Source: Armatimonadota bacterium (lineage in GTDB: Bacteria > Armatimonadota > SYMT01). Taken from it: a stretch of 64,000 nucleotides of DNA. The notes under the pieces were generated by a model that saw only the letters and a program-made list of their open reading frames with translations, did not search any database and was not told the DNA's origin. Where the stretch lies: the NCBI GenBank assembly GCA_041690135.1, contig JAWLHY010000004.1, positions 160,001-224,000 of the forward strand, read 5' to 3'. The position numbers were made by a program, and so were the translations under genes. Below, one piece after another: positions 20,248 to 30,787 of this stretch. Numbering within the stretch: position 1 is the first letter of the stretch; each line of letters starts with the position of its first letter.

Positions 20248-23200
20248 ATGTACCGACGTCTTCTCCTACTTCTGCTCTGCCTCTTTACTCTCACGGCCGC
20301 CGCGCCCAATTGGGCACAGTCTCGCCGCAGCCGCGAGAAGACCCAGACGAGCCGGAAGAAGTCCCCCGACCGCTCGACGTCCAAGCGCTCCACGTCAAAG
20401 GAGTCCGTGTCGAAGCGGACGTCGCGGACTGGCAAGTCGGAGAAGACGACCCGAACCACGGCGAAGAAGTCGGACAAGAAGCCGGAGAAAGCTGCCGCAA
20501 AGAACACCGGCAAGGCGTCTCCCAAAGCCACCGCGGCGAAGAAGCCCGAGGCCCCGGCGAAGAAGACTGCGGCCACCGATAAGCCCGCCCCAGCCAAGGC
20601 GGCCGCGACACCCGCGGCACCTGCCACCGCCGCGGCGCCGAAGACCGGCGGTGAGCCGTCGCCCGCGACCGGAAACCCGCTCGCGGACGGCGACCGCTGG
20701 TACGGCGAGCAGAGCTGGGCCGCCGCGCTGAAGGCCTACCGGCAGGCGGTGAACCGGAAGCTCGTTCCGGCCGAGCGGCGGGCGCTGGTCGATTACCGCA
20801 TCGCGCGTTGCTACGGGCTCACGAAGGACTGGAGCCAGGCGACGAACGAGCCGTACGCGGTCGCCACGCGGTATCCGAACACCGTGTGGGACGCCCGCAT
20901 GCGCGCCTGGTTGATGCGCGTCTACCTCTCGGCGCCGCACACCGGCTGGAAGGTGGGGGAGCGCTACTTCCGCGGCGAAGAGATGCCGGAGGTCTCCGGC
21001 GATGCCCGGGCCGAGCGCGTCAGCCTGCATGAGGATGACATGCGCAAGGCGGTCCTCTACGGGGAACAGGCCAAAGCGCTTTATGAGAAGCTGCGCAAGG
21101 ACCTCCCCGACACCACCGAAGAGGCGGACCACGCCGCGGATCTCGCCCGCACCGTGGCCACGATCCAGCTTCCGGACTGGGCCTGGGAGCAGAAGTGGAA
21201 GGGACCGCAGGACCCGTCCTGGACGCCCGAGCCCGAGGCGGACCTCGACCCGACATGGGCGCCGCCGCGCAAGGTGCTGCAACTCTTCCTGGCGGCGGAG
21301 CGCCTCGGGGGTGAGAAACAGAAGCCGCTGGCCCGGCTGGCCCAGGCGACCTGGCTGCGGGGTTACCACCAGTTAATGGCGCGTGTCGCCGTGAAGCACC
21401 CGTTAATGGCGCGTGTCGCCGTGAAGCACCCGCCGATGGGGCCGCCGGAGCCGATCCCGTACCCGTACCAGGAGCGGGATGCGGTCTTCGCCCTGCGGAG
21501 TATGATCCAGGACTACCCCGCCCACCCGGAAGCGGAGCATGCCCGCCTGATGGTCGGCGACTGGCTGAACCAGGACGGTCAATACGCGGCGGCGCTCGCC
21601 GTCTATCGCGGGCTGCTGGTCGATAAGCCCGAGAGCCCCTGGGCGCCGCACGCGAAGACCGCCTCGGACGAGATCACCCGTAAGGCGCTGGTGATCGAGA
21701 GTCCCGCGCCACAGGCTCCGGGCAGCCGGGCGCGCCTGGAGCTCTCCGCGCGGAATATCCCGGTCCTCAAGTTCACAGCCCAGCGCGTGAAGCTGGAAGA
21801 GGCGGTGAAGGACGCGAAGGTCCTGATGCGGACGCGGAACGGCTTCGAGGAGCTGTTCGCGCGGATCGGCAAGGTCGCCGGCCTCAAGAAATACCTCCAT
21901 GCGGAGGAGCCGGTCACGTGGGAAGCGTCGCTTGCCGCTTCCGAGCCGGGCCAGCCCGCGCCCGCGGAGTTCGCCCCCCTCCGCCGGACGGTATCCACGC
22001 CCCTCACGAAGAACGGCGCCTACCTGGTGCAGGCGGACGGCGGCCCCGTACGGCAGGCAGTCCTCCTCATCATCTCCGACCTGGCCGTGATCCAGATCGT
22101 CGACGACCGGCGCGCCCACGCTATGGTGGTGAATGCCGCCACCGGCGCTCCCGTGAAGGAGGCCTCCGCCCTGATCCGGGAGTTGTATGAAGACGCCAAG
22201 GATAAGGAAGCGATCTCCGCCGCCACGGTGACCACGGATGCGGATGGGGTGGGGGAGAAAGCGCTCTCGCCGGCCCGCAAACGCACGGAAGGGGTGGCGG
22301 TCTTCGCCTGGAAGGACGATCGCTACGCCTTCACCCCCAGCGCCGGTTACGGGGCGAGAGCGGAAGACGAAAGCGAGCACACCGCCCTCGTTTACACCGA
22401 CCGGCCCGTCTACCGGCCGGGGCAAAGCGTCTACTACCGGGCGCTCCTCGCGCAACGCAAACCGGACCAAGCCTGGAAGCCCCTTGCCGGCCTCAAGGCC
22501 GTGATCCGTCTCTACAACGATCAGGACGCCGTAGTGGAGGAGCAAAAGGTTACGGCCAATCGCTTCGGCAGCGTCCACGGCCGGCTACGGTTGGGGCCGA
22601 GTGCCGGGTTGGGGCAGTATCGGCTTGCTGTCGCCTGGCCCCAGGATGAGGAGAGTGACCGCCCCGAAGCGCGGGTGGCCGTGGAGCGGAATAGCGGCAC
22701 CTTCTGGGTGGAGGAATACAAGAAGCCCGAGTTTCAGGTAACCGTCTCCCCGGCCATACCCGCCGGCACCTACCCCCGGCCCGGCGAACCGGTCGAGTTG
22801 AACGTCACCGCCCGGTATTACTTCGGCGCGCCTGTGGGGGGCGCGTCGGTGAGGTATCGTGTCGAGGCGGAGCAGACCTATCCGGTTTCACCTTTTGACG
22901 GCCGGCTGGGAGAGGAGGACCAGGCCTTCTATGCTTACTGGAGCATTGGCGATCCGGATGAAGCTCCCTATGACTTAACTCACGGCTCCATGGAGCTAGC
23001 GGCCGGCACGGCGGTGACCGACGCCCAGGGGAAGGCGGTCATTCGGTTCAAGCGACCGGTTCCAAAACCGGGAACCAAACCGATGCACCTCGCTTTCCAG
23101 GTGGTGGCCGAGGTTACGGATGCAAGCCGCCGCACCATCGAAGGGCGCGGCAAGGTGGTGGCCCCGGACACGCAGTTCGACGCGTTCCTCCGGCCACGGA

Positions 23201-26200
23201 AGGGGTTCTTTGCCACCGAGGAGCCGCTTGAAGCCGAAATCGCGACCCAGGACTTCGACTGCCGCCCCGTGTCGGCGACCGGGACGGTCGTGGTTCTCCG
23301 GCGTACGTTCGTCGACGGGAAGCCCAGTTTCAAAGAGGTCCACCGCGGCCCGGCTCGCACCGACGCCGCCGGGAAAGCCGTCTTTGCTTGGACTGCTCCG
23401 ATGGGGGGCTATTACGAACTCCGCTTCGAGAGTGCGGATGCCTGGGACCGCCGGGTAACCGGGATAACCGGCGTCTGGGTGGCCGGGGACAACGCGGGTG
23501 AGTCCGTGGACCCAGAGGAGGGGGTCGCTCTGGTCGCCCAAGCCGGGGAGTATCAGACCGGGCAACCGGCGCGGCTGCTCGCGGTCTCCCGTTCACCCGA
23601 GCAGCCGCTCTACCTCACACGGGAGGCCGGCAACCGCCTCGTGGAGAAGCGGTTCGTGCACGTATCGAGTCAGAGCCGCGTGCTGGAGGTGCCGCTGGCC
23701 ATCGGGGATGCCCCCGACATCCTTCTGGCCGTAACGGGAGTCCAGAGCCGCCGGATGTTCCGGCAGCACGTTAACCTTCAGGTCCGCCCACCCGACCACC
23801 AGCTTGATGTCCGGATCACCGCGGACCGGGAGAAATACAAACCGGGGGAGAAAGCCGTCTTCAAGGTCCGCGCACGGGATTCCCAGGGGCGCCCGGTGCG
23901 CGTCGAATGCAGCGTTGGGGTGAGCGACGCCTCGCTCCACTACATTGCGCAAGATGAGAGTGACTTCGGACGCGGCCTCTATTCCCCCGGCCGCGGCAGC
24001 GACCTCGGCGCCCACGACGGACTGAAATCGACGCTGGACGTGGTGACCGAGGACGACCAGCCGTCGCTCAAGTGGCCGGAACTGGCATGGAACTTCCCTG
24101 GCGGGCTGGGATCCGCGGTTTCCGGTGCGTTCAACTCCATCGACGCAGGAGCCTACATCGTCATCCAGGGGAGCACCCAGCCCCTGGCACCCGTGGCGTA
24201 CCGCAACCCATTCACCTCCAATTACGAAGGTTCGACTCTGGGCCTGGGACTGCCGGGGGCGCCCGGACCTGTAGGAATGGTGCCGACGGAAGCTGCAGTC
24301 GTACGGTCTCCCGTCGCCAAGGATGCAACTACGGGCCCACCACCAGAGTTCACCGATGGTACGCCACCCCCGCCGTCCATCCGGAGCAACTTCGCGGATA
24401 CCGCCTTCTGGAAGGCGGATGTGCTTACCGATGAGAACGGCGAGGCGACCGTCACCTTCACCTGGCCGGACAACCTGACCCGCTGGCGCGCCACCACCCG
24501 CGGCTGGACGGAGCAGGCCCAGGTGGGTGAAGGGTCGGCGGAAGTGGAGACGAGTAAGGAGTTGCTCGTCCGGCTCCAGGCGCCGCGCTTCTTCGTGGAG
24601 CGCGACGAGATCGTGCTTTCCGCCAACGTCCACAACTACACCAGCCAGGACCGCCGTGTGCGGGTGGCCCTGCAACTGGAGGGCGACACGCTCTACCCGA
24701 AGGACGCCAGCCCCTTCGGCCCGCCGCAGCCGCGCCAGTTCGAGGTTCCCCGCGCGGACCGCCCGCAGCCGGTGAAGCTGGATGGCGCCTCCGCCGGCCC
24801 GGGTTCATCCGCGGCCAGCGCGGCTTCCGGCAGCCCTTCCCAGGTGCGCTGGATCGACGTTCCCGCCCAGAGCGAGGCGCGGGTCGACTGGACCGTGCGC
24901 GCGGAGCGTCCCGGCGAGGCGAAGGTGCGCGTCCTCGCGGATGAGGGGGTTCTCTCGGATGCCGTCGAGCTGCGGTTCCCCACCTACGTCCACGGGGCCG
25001 AGAAGCTGGTGGTCCGCAACGGCGCGCTGCTGATGGGCGCGGGGGAGAAGCCCGGCAAGCGCGAGACGAAGCTCTCCTTCGACGTGCCGCTGGAACGGGT
25101 CCCGGACGCGGGCCAACTCGTAATCCAGGTGAGCCCCTCCCTGGCGGCGACGGTCCTCGACTCGCTGCCCTACCTGGTGGACTATCCCTACGGCTGCGTG
25201 GAACAGACCCTCAGCCGGTTCCTGCCCGCCGTCGTGTCGGCGAAGACCCTGAAGGACCTGGGGCTGGAGCTGGCGGACCTGCGCAAGCGGGCGGAAGCGG
25301 AGTACGAGCGACGGCGGACCGCGGCTCCCGCGCTGGTGGTGGCCGGCAGTCCCTACAGCTCGCCCGAGGCGATGGCCTCGGCACGGGGCGACCTGGAGCG
25401 GTCCCGCTGGCACGCCCAGCGCAATCCCGTCTACCAGCCAGCCGTGATGCGTGCCATCGTGCAGGAGGGCCTCAACCGGCTCAAGCAGTTCCAGAACGCG
25501 GACGGCGGTTGGGGCTGGTGGCAGGAAGACGGCAGCGACGAGCGGATGACCGCCTACGTCCTCCAGGGGCTCCTCACCGGGCAGGCCGCGGGGATGGCCG
25601 GCGTGGAAGTGCCTCCCGCCATCCTCGAGTCCGGAATGAATTACCTGGCCGCCCGGTTCGCGAAAGAGACGAACGGCCACGATCTGGCGCTGCTGGGCTG
25701 GGTGCTCACGCTGGATCGCAAGCGTGCCCCCGCCGTTGGCCAGGATCTCCTCAAGCGGGCCTACCCCTACCGCGACAACCTCACCGCCTACAGCCAGGCC
25801 CTCCTGGCGCTGGCGTTGAAGCAGGCGGGCCTGACCAAGGAAGCCATGATCTGCCTTGCCAACCTGGAGAACACCGCCGCCGTGGACCGCAAGGCCGGCA
25901 CCTGCTACTGGAAGCAGGACCGCGGCGCCGGTTGGCTCTGGTACAACAACGACGTCGAGACGGCGGCGATGTGTCTCCACGCCTACAACACCCTGAGCCC
26001 GAAGCACCGCCTCGCGCCGCTGGTGGTCCGCTGGCTGGCCAATAACCGCCGGGGCACCGCCTGGGACACCACGCGAGAAACGGCGATGGCGGTCCAGGCC
26101 CTCATCGAGTACGTGAAGGTCCACAAGGAGCTGCTGCCGGACTACCGCGTCACCGTGGCGGTCGCGGACGGACCGACTCGCACCTTCACCATCCAGCCGG

Positions 26201-26841
26201 AGAGCGCCCTCAGCGGCGACGTGCGCCTGGTGATCCCCGCCTCGCAGCTTGGCGCCGGGCCGCGTACGGTCACCCTCACCCGCGAGGGGATGGGCAACCT
26301 CTACTACACCGCTTCCCTCAATTACTTCACGCTGGAAGAGGGGATCCGGGGCACGCAGGGCGAGGTCCGGGTCGCCCGCCGCTACTTCCGCCTCACCCGC
26401 CCCGCCGAGAAGCCCGGCGACGGAGAGGAGAAGCCCGCCCTTACCACGGACGGCTACGTCCGGTCCGAGGTCCGGCCCGGCGAGCGCCTCACCAGCGGCG
26501 ACCTGCTGGAAGTGGAGCTGGTCCTCGAGAGCAAGAACAGCTACGAGTACCTGGTGCTGGAAGATATGAAGCCCGCCGGCTGCGAGCCGGTGGACCTGCG
26601 CAGCGGGACCCGGTACGGCGACGGCCTCTGCAGCAACATGGAGCTGCGGGACCAGAAGGTCGCCTTCTTCCTCACCCGCCTCCCGCAGGGCCGGCAACGG
26701 ATCAGCTACCGCCTGCGCGCCGAGGTTCCGGGCACCTTCCACACCCTGCCCGTCAGCGGCTACGCGATGTATGCCCCGGAGATCCGCTTCCTCTCCGACG
26801 AAACCATCCTCGGCATCGACGACCCGAAGGGGAAACCGTAA
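20248..26841 (+). CDS. Bacterial alpha-2-macroglobulin (MG2 domain protein)
   Basis: Signal peptide, TPR-like region, YTDRPVYRPGQ, VEEYKKPEF, RSNFADTAFW, PDNLTRW, thioester motif PYGCVEQ, QNADGGWGWW and AMYAPE. The ORF is also open from 20209. Confidence 0.95.
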   Translation: MYRRLLLLLLCLFTLTAAAPNWAQSRRSREKTQTSRKKSPDRSTSKRSTSKESVSKRTSRTGKSEKTTRTTAKKSDKKPEKAAAKNTGKASPKATAAKKPEAPAKKTAATDKPAPAKAAATPAAPATAAAPKTGGEPSPATGNPLADGDRWYGEQSWAAALKAYRQAVNRKLVPAERRALVDYRIARCYGLTKDWSQATNEPYAVATRYPNTVWDARMRAWLMRVYLSAPHTGWKVGERYFRGEEMPEVSGDARAERVSLHEDDMRKAVLYGEQAKALYEKLRKDLPDTTEEADHAADLARTVATIQLPDWAWEQKWKGPQDPSWTPEPEADLDPTWAPPRKVLQLFLAAERLGGEKQKPLARLAQATWLRGYHQLMARVAVKHPLMARVAVKHPPMGPPEPIPYPYQERDAVFALRSMIQDYPAHPEAEHARLMVGDWLNQDGQYAAALAVYRGLLVDKPESPWAPHAKTASDEITRKALVIESPAPQAPGSRARLELSARNIPVLKFTAQRVKLEEAVKDAKVLMRTRNGFEELFARIGKVAGLKKYLHAEEPVTWEASLAASEPGQPAPAEFAPLRRTVSTPLTKNGAYLVQADGGPVRQAVLLIISDLAVIQIVDDRRAHAMVVNAATGAPVKEASALIRELYEDAKDKEAISAATVTTDADGVGEKALSPARKRTEGVAVFAWKDDRYAFTPSAGYGARAEDESEHTALVYTDRPVYRPGQSVYYRALLAQRKPDQAWKPLAGLKAVIRLYNDQDAVVEEQKVTANRFGSVHGRLRLGPSAGLGQYRLAVAWPQDEESDRPEARVAVERNSGTFWVEEYKKPEFQVTVSPAIPAGTYPRPGEPVELNVTARYYFGAPVGGASVRYRVEAEQTYPVSPFDGRLGEEDQAFYAYWSIGDPDEAPYDLTHGSMELAAGTAVTDAQGKAVIRFKRPVPKPGTKPMHLAFQVVAEVTDASRRTIEGRGKVVAPDTQFDAFLRPRKGFFATEEPLEAEIATQDFDCRPVSATGTVVVLRRTFVDGKPSFKEVHRGPARTDAAGKAVFAWTAPMGGYYELRFESADAWDRRVTGITGVWVAGDNAGESVDPEEGVALVAQAGEYQTGQPARLLAVSRSPEQPLYLTREAGNRLVEKRFVHVSSQSRVLEVPLAIGDAPDILLAVTGVQSRRMFRQHVNLQVRPPDHQLDVRITADREKYKPGEKAVFKVRARDSQGRPVRVECSVGVSDASLHYIAQDESDFGRGLYSPGRGSDLGAHDGLKSTLDVVTEDDQPSLKWPELAWNFPGGLGSAVSGAFNSIDAGAYIVIQGSTQPLAPVAYRNPFTSNYEGSTLGLGLPGAPGPVGMVPTEAAVVRSPVAKDATTGPPPEFTDGTPPPPSIRSNFADTAFWKADVLTDENGEATVTFTWPDNLTRWRATTRGWTEQAQVGEGSAEVETSKELLVRLQAPRFFVERDEIVLSANVHNYTSQDRRVRVALQLEGDTLYPKDASPFGPPQPRQFEVPRADRPQPVKLDGASAGPGSSAASAASGSPSQVRWIDVPAQSEARVDWTVRAERPGEAKVRVLADEGVLSDAVELRFPTYVHGAEKLVVRNGALLMGAGEKPGKRETKLSFDVPLERVPDAGQLVIQVSPSLAATVLDSLPYLVDYPYGCVEQTLSRFLPAVVSAKTLKDLGLELADLRKRAEAEYERRRTAAPALVVAGSPYSSPEAMASARGDLERSRWHAQRNPVYQPAVMRAIVQEGLNRLKQFQNADGGWGWWQEDGSDERMTAYVLQGLLTGQAAGMAGVEVPPAILESGMNYLAARFAKETNGHDLALLGWVLTLDRKRAPAVGQDLLKRAYPYRDNLTAYSQALLALALKQAGLTKEAMICLANLENTAAVDRKAGTCYWKQDRGAGWLWYNNDVETAAMCLHAYNTLSPKHRLAPLVVRWLANNRRGTAWDTTRETAMAVQALIEYVKVHKELLPDYRVTVAVADGPTRTFTIQPESALSGDVRLVIPASQLGAGPRTVTLTREGMGNLYYTASLNYFTLEEGIRGTQGEVRVARRYFRLTRPAEKPGDGEEKPALTTDGYVRSEVRPGERLTSGDLLEVELVLESKNSYEYLVLEDMKPAGCEPVDLRSGTRYGDGLCSNMELRDQKVAFFLTRLPQGRQRISYRLRAEVPGTFHTLPVSGYAMYAPEIRFLSDETILGIDDPKGKP

Positions 26842-27761
26842 TGGCGGAACATACCTTCCAGCCCACCCACTACCACCGCACCCTGGGCTCTCACGCCCCG
26901 GTCCTCCGCATCGCCGATGGGGACACGGTCCACACCACCACCGTCGACGCGGGCGGCAAGGACTTCCGCGGAGAGCAGGTCACCCCCGGCGGCAACCCGC
27001 AGACCGGCCCCTTCTATGTGGAAGGGGCCGAGCCGGGCGATACGCTGGCAGTCACCTTCGACCGCCTGTACCCGAACCGCGACTGGGGCTACACCGCCAC
27101 GGTGGTAGCCCCCAACGTGGTCGATCCCCACCACGCGCGCCAGCTTCCCAGCGGAGGCCGGGCCGAGTGGCGCATCGACCGGGAGCAAGGGACGGCCACG
27201 CTCGTGAGCCCGGAAACCAGGCTTGGCAACCTGACCCTCCCCCTCCGGCCGATGCTGGGCTGCTTCGGGGTCGCGCCACCACTGGAGCAGGCGATCTCCA
27301 CCGCTACCTCCGCCGAGCACGGCGGAAACATGGACTACCGGGGCTTTACCGAAGGGGTGACGGTCTACTTTCCCGTGTTCGCCCCCGGCGCGCTCCTGCA
27401 CGTGGGAGACGGGCATGCCATCCAGGGCGACGGAGAGATCGTCGGCACCGGCATCGAGATCAGCTTCGACGTCACCTTCACCGTCCGCGTCTTGAAGGGC
27501 AAGAAGATCCACTGGCCCCGGGGCGAAAACGCCGACTACCTCTTCACCGTCGGCAACGCGCGCCCGCTCGACCAGTGCGTCCAGCACGCCACCTCCGAGA
27601 TGCTCAGGTGGCTGGAGGAGGACTACGGCCTCGACGCCATTGCCGCCAGCCTCCTCCTCGGCCAATGCGTCGAGTACGACCTCGGCAACATCTTCGACCC
27701 CGCCTACACCATGGTCTGCAAGGTCCCCAAGCGCCACCTGCCCGCCGCAGCCAGCACCTGA
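26841..27761 (+). CDS. Acetamidase/formamidase family protein
   Basis: NPQTGPFYVEGAEPGDTL, HGGNMD and GDGHAIQGDGE. TAATG overlap with the A2M stop. Confidence 0.93.
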   Translation: MAEHTFQPTHYHRTLGSHAPVLRIADGDTVHTTTVDAGGKDFRGEQVTPGGNPQTGPFYVEGAEPGDTLAVTFDRLYPNRDWGYTATVVAPNVVDPHHARQLPSGGRAEWRIDREQGTATLVSPETRLGNLTLPLRPMLGCFGVAPPLEQAISTATSAEHGGNMDYRGFTEGVTVYFPVFAPGALLHVGDGHAIQGDGEIVGTGIEISFDVTFTVRVLKGKKIHWPRGENADYLFTVGNARPLDQCVQHATSEMLRWLEEDYGLDAIAASLLLGQCVEYDLGNIFDPAYTMVCKVPKRHLPAAAST

Positions 27762-27919
27762 TTCCCTACTCCGACCGTTGCGCTTCTCCATTGGTGAGCA
27801 AGGTTCAGGCTTCGTGCCGCGATGAGCTACAGGCACGCTCCAGTTCGTTTCGTAGTTTTGGGTGAGCGTGAGGAGCGAGAGCAGACGGACCGAGGGATAG
27901 TGGCCGTCTTATTCCCCCG

Positions 27920-28092
27920 TGTCTCTCCGTCCAATCCGTGTCATCCGTGTCAGAAGCCCGGGAACTGCGAAACGAACTCCCCTCATCGCCCTCCTCCGTG
28001 CCCATCCGTCCGATCTGTGTAATCCGTGTCAGAAACTCGGAGGATGCGGAGCTCTGCGTCGCTTCGCGTCCCTTCTGTGTCCCTCTGTGTCG
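27920..28092. repeat. Degenerate 9-mer tandem repeat tract (ATCCGTGTC / CTCTGTGTC type)
   Basis: ccaatccgtgtcatccgtgtc, atctgtgtaatccgtgtc and cttctgtgtccctctgtgtc between convergent genes. Confidence 0.65.
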
Positions 28093-28112
28093 AAAAGAAG
28101 CTCGCTTCAGGC

Positions 28113-29132
28113 TTAGACGCCGACATACCGCGCATAAAGCCCTCGCGCTATGCTCTCCTCGGTGGTGCCCTGGATAACGGCCCGGCCGTCGGGGAAGAGG
28201 GTGATGCCATGCTCGCCCACGCGGAACTTCAGGAGGAAAGGGTTCACCGTCACCTCGCCCAGAGGGCGGAGGCGCTCCGCCATGGCGGCCAGGTCGAGCG
28301 TCGCCGGCCGGGTAGGGGTGATCTGGATGGCGTTGCGACCGCACAGCGAGGTCGCATGGCTGGCGGCCCCCACCTCCAGGTAAGGAAACTGCCGCTGGGC
28401 GCAGCACGGACAGTCCTCCCCGCGCTTCAGGTTGAAGACGTGCCAGGAGAGGTCCCAGACATCCAGCTGAACCAGGCCGTCCGTCCGCGCGTCTTCCGCC
28501 CCCAGCAGCCACTTCAGGCCCTGGGTCGCGGCCAGGGACGCGATCACGCTCACGGCGGGGCCGAGCACGCCGGCCGTGTCGCAGGTCGCGGAGGTGCCCG
28601 GAGGTGGCGGGTCGGGGAAGAGGCAGCGCAGGCAGGGGGTCTCACCGGGCCGGACCAATAGCGTCATGCCGTAAGTCGAAACGGCGCCGCAGTACACCCA
28701 CGGGGTCCCGGCTTCCACGCACGCGTCGTTCACCAGGTAGCGGGTCTCGAAGTTGTCGGTGCCGTCCATCACCAGGTCGGCGCCCGCGATCAGCTCCCGG
28801 ATATTCCCGGCGTTCACGTCCGCGACCACCCCGTCGATGGAGATCTCGCTGTTCACCGCCCGCAGCCGGGCCGCCGCGGCGCTCGCCTTCGGGACGTTAT
28901 TGCGGACATCATCCTCGTCGTAGAGGAGCTGCCGCTGCAGGTTATTCCACTCCACCCAGTCCCGGTCCACGATCCGCAAATATCCCACCCCCGCCCGCGC
29001 CAGGTGGTTCGCGATCACCGTCCCCGTCGCCCCGCACCCCACCACCGTCACGCGGCTCTCCAGCAGCTTCCGCTGCCCCGCCTCCCCCACCATCGGGAGG
29101 ACCACCTGTCTCGCGTAGCGTTCCGGTATCAT
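28113..29132 (-). CDS. ThiF/MoeB family adenylyltransferase
   Basis: RYARQ, VGCGATG, DRDWVEWNNLQRQ, DGTDNFETR, CLRC/CPCC Zn motifs and a C-terminal LCGRNAIQI...FPDGRA domain. Confidence 0.92.
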   Translation of the reverse strand: MIPERYARQVVLPMVGEAGQRKLLESRVTVVGCGATGTVIANHLARAGVGYLRIVDRDWVEWNNLQRQLLYDEDDVRNNVPKASAAAARLRAVNSEISIDGVVADVNAGNIRELIAGADLVMDGTDNFETRYLVNDACVEAGTPWVYCGAVSTYGMTLLVRPGETPCLRCLFPDPPPPGTSATCDTAGVLGPAVSVIASLAATQGLKWLLGAEDARTDGLVQLDVWDLSWHVFNLKRGEDCPCCAQRQFPYLEVGAASHATSLCGRNAIQITPTRPATLDLAAMAERLRPLGEVTVNPFLLKFRVGEHGITLFPDGRAVIQGTTEESIARGLYARYVGV

Positions 29133-29583
29133 CGTGATCTCAAGCGGCGTCTGCAAAAAAGAGCCCCCTACGGACGTGAAGGCGTCAACTTCGCCCCGTA
29201 ATCACCACTCTGCAGTGGACGTAGGCTCCCCCTCCTCCGTGCGGACCGGGTATCCACGAGTGGGTAATGGGCCACGTCGGAAGGTTTTGCGCCTCAAGGG
29301 GATGGAGCAGAGGCTTGCGCGTTAACCTTGCGGTGAAACAACTGTGAGTGCGTCGGAAGCGAACTGATCCTCCACCTCGGCTTGAGCGTAGATTCCCCCT
29401 TCTCTGCGTCGGAGAGGTTTACGCCCCGAGGGGGTGGGGCAGGGGGATGAGGTTACCCTGCGCACCGCACCCGCCAGAGTCAACGCACCGCCGAGATGAT
29501 GCCATAAGGGTCACCGCACCTGCCCAAGTTAAAAGCTCAGCGGGCAATCCTGAAGGGTGCCTCTTACCCCCACACCGCCCCGA

Positions 29584-29673
29584 GCTCCGCCGCCCCTCCA
29601 GGGCGGGAAATTCGTTAACCCCAGCATCCGGGGGTTAACACCCCCGGCTAATTTCCGCCGCCCCTCCGGGGCT
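29584..29673 (-). repeat. ~90-nt REP/MITE-like palindromic element, copy B
   Basis: Reverse complement reads AGCCCCGGAGGGGCG..TTAGCCGGGGGTGTTAACCCCCGGA..GCCCTGGAGGGGCGGCGGAGC. Confidence 0.8.
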
Positions 29674-29941
29674 AACGCACGCCACGCCCTGGGCTCATCA
29701 TCAACCCCGCGCCCCTTCGTACCATCCCCTCTTCTTCCCTTCCTTTGCATCCTTTGAGGCTGTCTTCATCTAATGCGCACTGTCTAGCCATTGCCCCTTC
29801 GCACCATTCCCTCTTCCCCTTCCCTTTTCCGCGCCTTTCCGCGCCTTCCGCGGGCAATCCCTCTTCTTCCCTTCCTTTGCGGCCCTTTGCGGTTCTTTGC
29901 GCCGCCGTTCGGGCCCGTATGGGTTTGCGGTTAAACCCGGA

Positions 29942-30766
29942 TTAGCTCCGTGCCCCGAGGTTGCGCATGATCCTGTCCGTTTCGCGGTAGGCCTCGGTGA
30001 CCCACTCCACGATCTTCTCCGGCTCGGGCGAGTATTCCAGCTCGATGCTGACCACCCCGTCGTACCCGGTCTGCTGGATCGCCGCCAGGTAATCCTGGAT
30101 GGGGGTCACGCCCCGGCCGGGGGGCAGGTCGCCGTGGACCTTGCCGTCGCAGTCCGAGAGATGGACGTGGCTGATCCGGCCCGCCAGCCGGGCCACCTCC
30201 TCGATCGGTGTGCGGACCAGGTCGAGGTGGCTGATGTCGCAGTTGGCGCGGACGGTGTTGGGCAGCGCTACGTCGTCGAGGAACCGGACCATCGTGTCCA
30301 CGCTGTTCACCAGCGACAGCTTGAACGGCTCCAGCTCGATGGCGATCTCCAGGCCCAGGGAAGCGGCGTACTCGCCGGCCTTGCGGACGTTCTCCACGCC
30401 GATCTGCCACTGCTCCGCCGGCGGGATCACCTGCTGCTCCCAGATGTACTCGCCGATCACCAGGAGCAGGTTCTTCGCCTCGAACTCGTAGCACATGTCG
30501 AGGTAGGCCTTTACCCGGTCGAGGTGAAAGCGCTGGACACTGGGGTTGAAGTCGATCAGGCCCACGGCCACGCAGCAGACAGAAACGATCGGCAGCCCCA
30601 GCTCATCCGCGGTGTCCTTGATCAGCTTCCGCTCCCGGACGTCGGCGTCCAGCGGGTCGGCGAAGATGTCGATGGTATCGAACCCGATCTCCTTCGTCTT
30701 GTAGAGCCCGAAGGCGGTCTCGCGGCCGGCCTGCGCCCAGGCCGAGTTGATCAATCCTAGTTTCAC
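29942..30766 (-). CDS. Sugar phosphate isomerase/epimerase (xylose isomerase-like TIM barrel, psicose/tagatose 3-epimerase type)
   Basis: IAIELEP, DISH, HVHLSD, LPPGRG and SIELE metal-binding motifs. Confidence 0.88.
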   Translation of the reverse strand: MKLGLINSAWAQAGRETAFGLYKTKEIGFDTIDIFADPLDADVRERKLIKDTADELGLPIVSVCCVAVGLIDFNPSVQRFHLDRVKAYLDMCYEFEAKNLLLVIGEYIWEQQVIPPAEQWQIGVENVRKAGEYAASLGLEIAIELEPFKLSLVNSVDTMVRFLDDVALPNTVRANCDISHLDLVRTPIEEVARLAGRISHVHLSDCDGKVHGDLPPGRGVTPIQDYLAAIQQTGYDGVVSIELEYSPEPEKIVEWVTEAYRETDRIMRNLGARS

Positions 30767-30787
30767 TAGACCCCTCCCTTTTGAGGA

